From Candidatus Iainarchaeum sp. (GTDB lineage: Archaea > Iainarchaeota > Iainarchaeia > Iainarchaeales > DTGL01), in contig JAFCFP010000002.1 in assembly GCA_017608575.1 (NCBI GenBank), forward strand, positions 1 to 54,349: 54,349 nucleotides of DNA, given 5' to 3'. Both the position numbers and the translations under genes were made by a program. Positions 35,392 to 43,180 of this stretch are shown here, piece by piece. The notes beneath the pieces were generated by a model. It worked only from the letters and a program-made list of their open reading frames with translations, was not told the origin of the DNA and searched no databases. Each line of letters begins with the position of its first letter. Within the stretch, counting starts at the first letter, position 1.

Positions 35392-37989
35392 ATGCCCATT
35401 TCTTTCCAAAAAGAAAAGCACTCGGATGCAGAAATATTCCAAAGCCTGAATCCATTACTTGCCGGGTGGTTCATGCACGAGTTTGGCTCTTTTACGGAGC
35501 CACAGCGTTATGCAATATTAAACATTCACAATTTGCAAAACACTCTAATCACTGCTCCAACTGGAACCGGCAAAACCCTGAGTGCTTTTACAGCAATATT
35601 GAGTGAACTGATTACTTTGTCCGAATTAGAGCAATTGGAGGACAGGGTTTACTGTGTTTACATTTCTCCGCTTCGCGCACTCTCCAATGATATTGAAAAG
35701 AATTTAAACCAACCGCTTCGAGCAATAAAGGAAGCTGGAAAAAAAATCGGAAAAAAAATAAATGTCAGGGTTGCAGTGAGAACCGGTGACACGCCTCAAA
35801 GCGAACGTGCAAAAATGCTCAGAAAGCCACCGCACATCCTTATTACAACACCGGAAACAATAGCCATATTGTTGAACTCCCCTAAATTCAGAGAAAACTT
35901 TCGCCAAACCAAATGGGCAATAGTGGATGAAATTCACTCGCTTGCATCAAACAAGCGCGGTGTCCACTTATCGCTTTCCCTTGAAAGACTGCAGGTTTTG
36001 AATCCAGCAATATGCAGGATTGGATTGAGTGCAACCATTTCTCCCTTGGAGGAAGTGGCAAAATTTTTAGTTGGAATGAAAAACGAGCGCGAAGAACGGA
36101 ACTGCAAAATTGTAAACGTTCAATTCCTAAAACAATTGGACCTAAAAGTAATTAGTCCACTTTCAGATTTAGTGAATACCTCTCAGGAAGAAATCTCCAA
36201 AAAACTTTATGAAAAACTTGATGAATTAATACAACAACACCGTTCAACCCTTATATTCACTAACACTCGCTCTGCAACAGAACGAGTTGTCAACCACTTA
36301 AAGGAAAAATTTCCAGGAAAATACGAAGGAAAAATCGGAGCACATCACTCTTCTGTGAGCAGAGCAAAGCGTTTAAGCATTGAAGATAGACTAAAAAAAG
36401 GCGAATTAAAAGCAGTTGTGTGCTCTACCAGTCTAGAGCTCGGAATTGACATTGGATTCATTGACTTGGTTGTATTGTTAGGAAGCCCGAAAAGTATCGC
36501 AAGAGCACTGCAGCGCATTGGCCGCTCTGGTCACAGATTGCATGATACAATTAAAGGCAGAATAATTGTATTGGACCGCGATGACTTAGTTGAATGCTCT
36601 GTGCTATTAAAGCATGCAAAAGAACAAAAACTTGACAGAATTACAATTCCAAAAAATTGCCTGGATGTTTTGGCGCAACAGATTTATGGCATTGCAATAG
36701 CTGACAGAATACAGGAAAAAGAATTGTTTGAATTGGTAAGAAAAAGCTACTGTTATGCGAAACTGGAAAAAAAAGATTTCAATGACGTGATTGATTATTT
36801 GAGCGGCGAATATTCAAAGCTCGAAGCACGCAGCGTGTATGGAAAAATATGGTTTGATAAAGAAACTGGAATGATAGGAAAAAGAGGAAAACTTGCAAGA
36901 GTAATTTACATGACAAATATTGGAACAATTCCAGACGAAGCAAGAGTGAAAGTAAAAATTGGAAATGAAACAATTGGACACATTGATGAAGCGTTCCTTG
37001 AAAGAATGAAAAAAGGCGATGTCTTTGTGCTTGGCGGAGAGAAATACAGGTTTTTGTATGCTCGGGGAATGACCATTCAAGTAAGAGCAGAGGAGTTCAG
37101 GCCTCCAACAATTCCAAGCTGGGTTTCAGAAATGCTTCCATTGAGTTTTGATTTGGCAAACGAAATTCAGAAATTCAGAAAATTAATGGAAGAAAAACTG
37201 AAACTGGGACAGAAAAAAAAAGAAATCATTGTATTTTTGCAGAAATATTTGTACTGTGATAAAAATGCCGCAGAAGCAATTTATAATTATTTCAACGAAC
37301 AGTTCAGATATGCAAAAATTCCGCACTCAAAGCGGTTGCTCGTGGAACAGGTAAAGGAAGGCTATGAGAACTCGTTAATTTTTCACTCTCTTTATGGCAG
37401 GAGAGTGAATGACGCGTTAAGCAGGGCATTCGCATGGGCTTTTTCAAAGATAGTGCACAGTGATGTAATGGTGAGCATTAACGACAACGGTTTTGTTTTA
37501 ACAACAAATAAAAAAATGCCCTTTGAAGCAGCATTCAAAGTGCTGGAAAAAAATGATTTAGAAATAGTGCTAAAAAAAGCCATAGAAGAATCAGAAGTAT
37601 TAAAGCGCAGGTTCAGGCATTGTGCTACTCGTGCACTAATGATTTTACGCAACTATAAAGGAAGGGAAAAAAGTGTTGGCAGGCAACAAATGAGCTCGCG
37701 CTTGCTTTTGAGTGCAGTAAAACGCATTGATTCAGAGTTCCCAATCTTGAGGGAAGCACGCAGGGAAGTAATGCAGGATTTAATGGATTTAAAGAATGCA
37801 AAACTCGTGCTTGAATGGATCAAAAAAGGAAAAATAAAAGTTGAAAAAATTCAACTTAACACGCCGAGTCCATTTGCGTTCAACATTTATGCAATGGGCC
37901 GTTCGGACATCGTAAAAATGGAGTCACGGATTGAATTCATTAAAAGAATGCATGAAAGAGTGCTCAAGGAAATCGGCAAGAAAAGTTAG
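35392..37989 (+). CDS. lhr: Lhr-type ATP-dependent DEAD/DEAH-box helicase
   Basis: 865 aa. APTGTGKTL (motif I), VDEIHSL (II), LSAT (III) and QRIGRSGHR (VI), followed by a roughly 400-aa Lhr-core-type C-terminal region. Confidence 0.9.
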   Translation: MPISFQKEKHSDAEIFQSLNPLLAGWFMHEFGSFTEPQRYAILNIHNLQNTLITAPTGTGKTLSAFTAILSELITLSELEQLEDRVYCVYISPLRALSNDIEKNLNQPLRAIKEAGKKIGKKINVRVAVRTGDTPQSERAKMLRKPPHILITTPETIAILLNSPKFRENFRQTKWAIVDEIHSLASNKRGVHLSLSLERLQVLNPAICRIGLSATISPLEEVAKFLVGMKNEREERNCKIVNVQFLKQLDLKVISPLSDLVNTSQEEISKKLYEKLDELIQQHRSTLIFTNTRSATERVVNHLKEKFPGKYEGKIGAHHSSVSRAKRLSIEDRLKKGELKAVVCSTSLELGIDIGFIDLVVLLGSPKSIARALQRIGRSGHRLHDTIKGRIIVLDRDDLVECSVLLKHAKEQKLDRITIPKNCLDVLAQQIYGIAIADRIQEKELFELVRKSYCYAKLEKKDFNDVIDYLSGEYSKLEARSVYGKIWFDKETGMIGKRGKLARVIYMTNIGTIPDEARVKVKIGNETIGHIDEAFLERMKKGDVFVLGGEKYRFLYARGMTIQVRAEEFRPPTIPSWVSEMLPLSFDLANEIQKFRKLMEEKLKLGQKKKEIIVFLQKYLYCDKNAAEAIYNYFNEQFRYAKIPHSKRLLVEQVKEGYENSLIFHSLYGRRVNDALSRAFAWAFSKIVHSDVMVSINDNGFVLTTNKKMPFEAAFKVLEKNDLEIVLKKAIEESEVLKRRFRHCATRALMILRNYKGREKSVGRQQMSSRLLLSAVKRIDSEFPILREARREVMQDLMDLKNAKLVLEWIKKGKIKVEKIQLNTPSPFAFNIYAMGRSDIVKMESRIEFIKRMHERVLKEIGKKS

Positions 37990-38525
37990 CTAAAGCCAAG
38001 CTTGCCCGCAAGTTCAAGTATGCGTTCACCAAGCCGCTTTGCTGCACTTATGGCTTCAGCGTCCTGTAATATTTTTCCTTCGTTGAATGCAAAGCCACAA
38101 ACACCCCTGTTTGCTGGAATCATTTCATGCTTTAAAAAAAATGCATTTATTGCAGTTACAGCGCTTTCAAGACCATAACGCTTGCCCACAACAACTGCTC
38201 CACCGATCTTGTTTTTGAGTCTTCCTCTTATGCACCATGTTCGGTCAATGAATGCCTTTAACTGGGCTGAAACATTGTTGAAAAAAACCGGGCTGCCAAG
38301 CACAACCACATTGCTTTCAAAGAGCATTGGAATAATGGTTTTTTTCATGTCATCCTTGATAACGCAATCATTTAAACTCTGGCAAGCCCTACAGGAAGCA
38401 CAGGGTTTAATATCGTAATCAACGAGTTTAATTAACCTTCCACCGGTTATTGAACGCACTGTCTCTAATAAAACATCTGTGTTGCTGTTTTCCCTTGGAC
38501 TTCCGGAAACATAGAGGGCTCTCAT
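37986..38525 (-). CDS. isf: iron-sulfur flavoprotein (Isf-like NADPH-dependent FMN reductase fold)
   Basis: YVSGSPRENSNT flavodoxin-like loop plus the compact CASCRACQSLNDC (C-x2-C-x2-C-x5-C) cluster motif of Isf proteins. Confidence 0.75.
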   Translation of the reverse strand: MRALYVSGSPRENSNTDVLLETVRSITGGRLIKLVDYDIKPCASCRACQSLNDCVIKDDMKKTIIPMLFESNVVVLGSPVFFNNVSAQLKAFIDRTWCIRGRLKNKIGGAVVVGKRYGLESAVTAINAFFLKHEMIPANRGVCGFAFNEGKILQDAEAISAAKRLGERILELAGKLGFS

Positions 38526-38560
38526 TAAATCACTTAAAGCTTAAAGAACAAAAAAAATAA

Positions 38561-38576
38561 AACTACAATTGTAGTT
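38561..38576. repeat. perfect 16-bp palindrome AACTACAATTGTAGTT
   Basis: Self-complementary over all 16 nt. It lies 36-51 nt upstream of the isf ATG and 32 nt downstream of the permease stop. Confidence 0.6.
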
Positions 38577-38607
38577 ATTGCTCAGGCTTGTTCGCAAAGC
38601 AATGCTT

Positions 38608-39714
38608 TTATAATGCGCCAAAAGCCAAGCCAGCCATTGTTGAATAAATAACAACCAGTGTCACATATACTGCTGTTTTTTTTGTTCCTAAAACTCTTCG
38701 GACAACCAACACGTTTGGTAGACTTAAACTCGGGCCTGCTAACAACAAAGCCAATGCTGGGCCTTTGGACATGCCTTTGGCAATCAAAGCTTGGAGTATT
38801 GGTATTTCGGTTAGTGTCGAAAAATACATAAAGGCACCAAAAATGGATGCAACCAAGTTCGCTGGCAATGTGTTTTGTCCAACAATGCCTTCTATTAATT
38901 CTTGGGGCAAGAGGGGCATTAGAAATCCAGCTATAAACACGCCGATAAAAAGGTAGGGCATTAAAAGCTTTGTGAAACTCCAGGTTTCCTTTAACCACTC
39001 TTTTGTTGTTTCTTTGCGGAATTTAAAAACAACCAGTATGGCAGTTGTTAATGTAAAAAATAACATTAAGCTGTATTTTAGCAATTTGTCAATTTGCAGA
39101 CCATTTACAATTAAAACCATTACCATTGAAAAAAAGAAAACCAAGAGAATCCTCTTGCTTAATTTAACTTCTTTGCTTTCCTGCATGAATAGTTCTCCTT
39201 TTTTCACTTTTTCCCTGAAAATAAAATCCATAGACAAACCGACCAGTATTGATAAAAGAATGGCAAAAGAAATTCTGGCTAAACCAATATGCAAACCAAG
39301 CACGCTAATTGTGAGAAACATTGCAGCAATGTTTATCGCCGGCCCTGAAAACAAAAAGGTTATTGCCGGACCTAAACCTGCACCTCTTTTTCTTATTCCT
39401 GCAAACAAAGGCAGTATCGTGCAAGAACAAACAGCCAAAATTGAACCAGAAACAGATGCAATTGAGTAGGAAACATATTTCTTGGTTTTATGGCCAAGGT
39501 ATTTCAGTATTGCTTCCTTTTTAACAAAAACACTTATGGCTCCAGCAATAAAAAAAGCTGGCAACAAACAGGTTAAAACGTGTTGTTGTGCATAATCGTG
39601 CAATAAATTAAATCCACTGAGAATAGCATTATTAAAAATATTGCTATTAGTAGGCATAAAGTAGAATCCCAAAAACAATAATGCAATTAACAAAAATATG
39701 TTTCTTTCTTTCAT
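38608..39714 (-). CDS. ArsP-like/UPF0718-family permease
   Basis: 368 aa, polytopic. LLPAFFIAGAISVF and SILAVCSCTILPLFAGIRKRGAGLGPAITFLFSGPAIN match this permease family. It is last in the arsR-thioredoxin-permease operon. Confidence 0.75.
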   Translation of the reverse strand: MKERNIFLLIALLFLGFYFMPTNSNIFNNAILSGFNLLHDYAQQHVLTCLLPAFFIAGAISVFVKKEAILKYLGHKTKKYVSYSIASVSGSILAVCSCTILPLFAGIRKRGAGLGPAITFLFSGPAINIAAMFLTISVLGLHIGLARISFAILLSILVGLSMDFIFREKVKKGELFMQESKEVKLSKRILLVFFFSMVMVLIVNGLQIDKLLKYSLMLFFTLTTAILVVFKFRKETTKEWLKETWSFTKLLMPYLFIGVFIAGFLMPLLPQELIEGIVGQNTLPANLVASIFGAFMYFSTLTEIPILQALIAKGMSKGPALALLLAGPSLSLPNVLVVRRVLGTKKTAVYVTLVVIYSTMAGLAFGAL

Positions 39715-39795
39715 GCTTCAAACCATCCTTTTATTTTATTGCCAAATTCAGGCAAATCATCAAAAGGCGCCTGAAATATTCTTTTAATCATCTTC

Positions 39796-40038
39796 TCACT
39801 TGGAATGCTCTCTGATTACTTCAAGCAGTTTTTCATCACTTCCCGGTATGCCGATATAAACTGGTTTATCATTAACCAGCAATGCAGGGCTTCCCATAAT
39901 GCCACGGTTGACCAACTCATTAACATCTTTAATGTATTCAATTTCTGCATCAATCTTTCCCTCTTCTTTAAGCCTTTTAACCTTGCCATACAATGCCTCA
40001 CAGGTAGGACAACCAGAACCAATTATGGAAATTTTCAT
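39796..40038 (-). CDS. thioredoxin-fold redox-active disulfide protein 2
   Basis: MKISIIGSGCPTCEALY...GIMGSPALLVNDK shows a CPxC motif in a small thioredoxin-like protein. ATG 40038 is preferred. Confidence 0.8.
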   Translation of the reverse strand: MKISIIGSGCPTCEALYGKVKRLKEEGKIDAEIEYIKDVNELVNRGIMGSPALLVNDKPVYIGIPGSDEKLLEVIREHSK

Positions 40039-40065
40039 TTTTCTCACCCTCCTTTAAAAAATTTT

Positions 40066-40359
40066 TTAATTTTTGGCTTTTCCTTTAGGAGAAACCAATT
40101 CTGATAGAATTTTCTTTACTTTGGGGTTTGAAACCCGGTAGTAAACCTTTTTGCCATCTCTTCTTGACTCAACAATTCCAAAACTTTCAAGCTTTGCCAA
40201 CTGAATTGAAACCGTTGATTGTGCCCTTTTTACAAAGGGAATTATTTCACAAACGCATTTTTCACCGTCAAGAAGAAACTCAACTATTTTCAACCGGGTT
40301 TCATCACACAATGCCTTAAATATTCGAAGCGATTCTTTCATATCATTATATTTAAACAT
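40066..40359 (-). CDS. arsR: ArsR/SmtB-family metalloregulator
   Basis: IFKALCDETRLKIVEFLLDGEKCVCEI...STVSIQLAKLESFGIV is a wHTH with the CVC metal-site motif. Confidence 0.88.
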   Translation of the reverse strand: MFKYNDMKESLRIFKALCDETRLKIVEFLLDGEKCVCEIIPFVKRAQSTVSIQLAKLESFGIVESRRDGKKVYYRVSNPKVKKILSELVSPKGKAKN

Positions 40360-40412
40360 ATCAATATATAAATTTATTGTTTATTGGGGGAATTAATTAG
40401 CAGAACTGTTGT

Positions 40413-40538
40413 TCAGTCCAACAACCTCTTGGTTCCTTCTAGTTTTTGGATTTTGTGAATGTCCATGCTGGCTTCAAGACAGCCAATATATTTGCCTTCT
40501 TTGTCTCGCAGAGCAAAATACCTAATGTAAAAAATCAC
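40413..40538 (-). pseudogene. relic of the 3' end of a PAS-domain (DUF438-type) gene
   Basis: The frame reads (V)IFYIRYFALRDKEGKYIGCLEASMDIHKIQKLEGTKRLLD*. This is the C-terminal strand pattern of PAS domains. There is no ATG and an in-frame stop 16 codons upstream. Confidence 0.4.
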
Positions 40539-40593
40539 CAAAGGAAATAAGGAAAGAATGCATTTAAAAACCTGCAGCTAATTCTTTAAAGTG

Positions 40594-41634
40594 TTACTCT
40601 CTGTGAAACCATTTCCTTATTATTTTTTCAGCTGGCTTGTTTCTGTATTCCCAGCCTTTGTACACTGGAATAAAATAACCATTAACTTCATTCCATGTTT
40701 TGTCAAAAAACAAATCGTAAAAGTCAGCTTGTGAGTCAAAAGAAACAGTGAAAAAATCCGTTGGCCAGCCCTGTGGATTATTCTTCATGTTTTCTGCAGC
40801 AATTGGCTCCCACCAATAATAGTCAGGTCCCGTGAAAGCCCCTGCATTAAACAATAAATACTTATTGCCGGAATATGCCTTTTTCAAGTTAAGTAATTCT
40901 TCATTGATTAATTGCTCAATCCATTCAGGATGCTCAACAATATCAGAAGTGCAGGTTAGCCCGCCATCCGCAACATAGTCATAACCAGTCAAATTATAAA
41001 TGTTCTCTTTAGCACCTTGGACTTCAAAGGCAATCTTGCCATGGAATTTTTCTTTTATTCCGGGCAATATTTCTTGTGCCCAAATGGAAACATTTTTGGT
41101 TTTATAAGATAATAATTGGGGCTCGTTTACAGGGCAAAACATTTCAATATCATAGTCCTCAGCAATAAGGGCCCATTTCAACACAAGGGGGGTGAGTTCA
41201 TCTAATAATTGTTTCGTGCTTGTTTCCTTGGAATGTGGTTTAATGCCACTCTCAGGGTGAGCTGGATTCAATATCAAAAATGTTTTAATTCCATTTTTGT
41301 GGAATTCATTTATTGAATTTTTTATTTCATTTTCATCCTCACAGACATAGAAACCTTTATCCCTGCATACCTTTACACCAATTGCAACAATATTAATTCC
41401 GTCCAATTTTAGTCTTTCAATATCATGCAAAGCATTGCGGGTTTCCCTTAAAAAAGGCATCCATATTCCCTTGTATTTTGTTATTTTTATAGCGGGGGAT
41501 TTAATGACTAAATTTGTTACTTGGTTGCCTGTTTGCACTCCTGTTTGCACTTCAATTGAATTAAAAAAATAAAAAAAAACAAAAATTGAAATAACAAAAA
41601 TTAGCACAATAAACATTACAATCCTGTTTTTCAT
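40594..41634 (-). CDS. membrane-anchored extracytoplasmic protein, clan GH-A (GH5-like) TIM-barrel candidate
   Basis: N-terminal TM helix (start ATG 41634 preferred over 41700). IVAIGV, FLILNP and FCPVNEPQ (NEP acid/base-like motif). Distantly colinear with the 401-aa protein at 43181-44386. Confidence 0.45.
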   Translation of the reverse strand: MKNRIVMFIVLIFVISIFVFFYFFNSIEVQTGVQTGNQVTNLVIKSPAIKITKYKGIWMPFLRETRNALHDIERLKLDGINIVAIGVKVCRDKGFYVCEDENEIKNSINEFHKNGIKTFLILNPAHPESGIKPHSKETSTKQLLDELTPLVLKWALIAEDYDIEMFCPVNEPQLLSYKTKNVSIWAQEILPGIKEKFHGKIAFEVQGAKENIYNLTGYDYVADGGLTCTSDIVEHPEWIEQLINEELLNLKKAYSGNKYLLFNAGAFTGPDYYWWEPIAAENMKNNPQGWPTDFFTVSFDSQADFYDLFFDKTWNEVNGYFIPVYKGWEYRNKPAEKIIRKWFHRE

Positions 41635-41729
41635 ACTAAACAATACTATAACATTCTTAATAAAACCATATTTTACGTTTAAAGCATTAAAGCAAAACAT
41701 AAATTAAGCTTTCTGGAAAGATTTGTAAT

Positions 41730-42467
41730 ATGATGCCAGAAATAATTCCAGGAATCAGAATTTCTGGATTAGGGCTTTATTTGGAAAAAGAAAAAACGCT
41801 GGTCATTGCAGACTTGCATTTAGGTTATGAAGAAATGCTGAACAAGCAAGGCATTTTAATTCCGAGAACCAATTTTAGGGAAATAAAAAAAAAGCTCTCT
41901 GCGATGCTAAAGGGACTGCCGCCACTAAACAAAATAGTAATAGACGGCGACCTAAAGCACGAATTTGGAAACATAAGCAAACAGGAGTGGCGCGAGGTCA
42001 TTGAAATAGTGCAGTTTTTGTCTCGGAAATGCAAAGAATTGGTGCTCATAAAAGGAAACCACGATACAATTCTAGGCCCATTAGCCAAATGGGAAAAGCT
42101 GGAAATAAAGGATTACTTATACATAACAACGAATTCCGTGTTGGTCCTGCACGGGCATAAATTGAGTAATAGTAAAAATTTTAAGAAGGCAAAAACCCTT
42201 GTGATTGGTCATGAGCACCCGGCTGTTTCATTGCGCGAAGGAGTTCGCTCCGAGCTCTACAAGTGCTTTTTAAAGGGAAAATTCAATGGAAAAAACCTCG
42301 TTGTGCTGCCGAGCCTCAATCAGGTTTCTGTGGGAACGAACGTGATGAGCGAGAAGCTACTGAGCCCTTTCCTCCAGCGCTCTCTGAGCGAATTCGAGTG
42401 CTGGCTTGTGGAAGATAAAGCTTATTACTTTGGAAGTTTAGGGGAATCACTGCTAAGAAAGGTTTAA
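41730..42467 (+). CDS. calcineurin-like metallophosphoesterase (MJ0037/SbcD-like)
   Basis: VIADLHLG, IDGDLKHEF, IKGNHD, LHGH and IGHEHP are the standard metallophosphoesterase motif series. Confidence 0.82.
   Translation: MMPEIIPGIRISGLGLYLEKEKTLVIADLHLGYEEMLNKQGILIPRTNFREIKKKLSAMLKGLPPLNKIVIDGDLKHEFGNISKQEWREVIEIVQFLSRKCKELVLIKGNHDTILGPLAKWEKLEIKDYLYITTNSVLVLHGHKLSNSKNFKKAKTLVIGHEHPAVSLREGVRSELYKCFLKGKFNGKNLVVLPSLNQVSVGTNVMSEKLLSPFLQRSLSEFECWLVEDKAYYFGSLGESLLRKV
42390..42435 (+). repeat. direct repeat copy 1 (3' coding end of the metallophosphoesterase gene)
   Basis: gaattcgagtgctggcttgtggaagataaagcttattactttggaa. 42 of 46 nt are identical to 43090-43135, exactly 700 nt downstream. Confidence 0.9.
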
Positions 42468-42505
42468 AAGGATAACTAATTGTATAATTATATTAGTGGT
42501 ATAAT

Positions 42506-42718
42506 ATGGCTGAGGTTATTGTTACAGCGAGGAAATGGGGAAATAGCATTGGCGCAACACTTCCCGCTGAAACTGTCAAAAAGGAAAAAATCAAGCCAAA
42601 CGACAAACTTGTCTTGGAAGTGAGAAAAATTGTCCCAATAAAGGAACTGTTTGGGACATTTAAAACCAATAAATCCACACAACAGATTAAAGACGAATTG
42701 AGAGCCGGGTGGGACTAA
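42506..42718 (+). CDS. vapB: AbrB/SpoVT-fold antitoxin
   Basis: 70 aa. VTARKWGNSIGATLPAETVKKEKIKPNDKLVLEV is the swapped-hairpin AbrB/MazE motif. The stop overlaps the vapC ATG (TAATG). Confidence 0.82.
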   Translation: MAEVIVTARKWGNSIGATLPAETVKKEKIKPNDKLVLEVRKIVPIKELFGTFKTNKSTQQIKDELRAGWD

Positions 42719-43086
42719 TGGGGCTTTTCTTTGCAGATACCTATGCAATAATCGACTACCTTAAAGGGAATAAAAAATATAAAAAGTACTTCGAAGAGAA
42801 TGAAGTAATTACAACCAGATTAAACCTTATGGAAGTATATTACAGCGCATTACTTGAAGTAACAGAAGAATTGGCTGAAACTTACTACGATTCTTACTTG
42901 GGAAAATGCACTGATCTTGAAGATGAAACCATTAAGAGAGCAATGAAATTCAAGTTTAAAGAAAAGGCAAAACGAATATCCTACGTCGATGCAATTGGCT
43001 ACCAAATAGCACTTGAAAAAAACATAAAATTCCTAACAGGCGACAAACAATTCAAGGGACTGAAAAACGTTGAGTTTGTGAGATGA
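42718..43086 (+). CDS. vapC: PIN-domain toxin
   Basis: FFADTYAIIDY (D), LMEVYY (E), YVDAIGY (D) and LTGDKQF (D) are the four acidic PIN positions in order. Confidence 0.82.
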   Translation: MGLFFADTYAIIDYLKGNKKYKKYFEENEVITTRLNLMEVYYSALLEVTEELAETYYDSYLGKCTDLEDETIKRAMKFKFKEKAKRISYVDAIGYQIALEKNIKFLTGDKQFKGLKNVEFVR

Positions 43087-43170
43087 CAGGAATATGAGTG
43101 CTGGCTTGTAGAAGACAAAGCTTATTACTTTGGAAAACTCAAAGAATTAGAAAGGAAATTTTGCTACTAA
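43087..43170 (+). pseudogene. displaced relic of the metallophosphoesterase 3' end
   Basis: It reads QEYECWLVEDKAYYFGKLKELERKFCY*, against EFECWLVEDKAYYFGSLGESLLRKV* for the live C-terminus. It has no start, directly follows the vapC stop, and ends 11 nt before the convergent gene stop. Confidence 0.7.
43090..43135 (+). repeat. direct repeat copy 2
   Basis: gaatatgagtgctggcttgtagaagacaaagcttattactttggaa. See copy 1. Confidence 0.9.
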
Positions 43171-43180
43171 ATATTCCAAT

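Larger units (their letters stand above)
42436..43089 (+). mobile_element. vapBC cassette bounded by the imperfect direct repeats (insertion, mechanism unknown)
   Basis: Between the repeats there are only the current gene tail, an AT-rich promoter-like spacer (TATAATTATATTAG), vapB and vapC. No recombinase gene. Confidence 0.45.
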
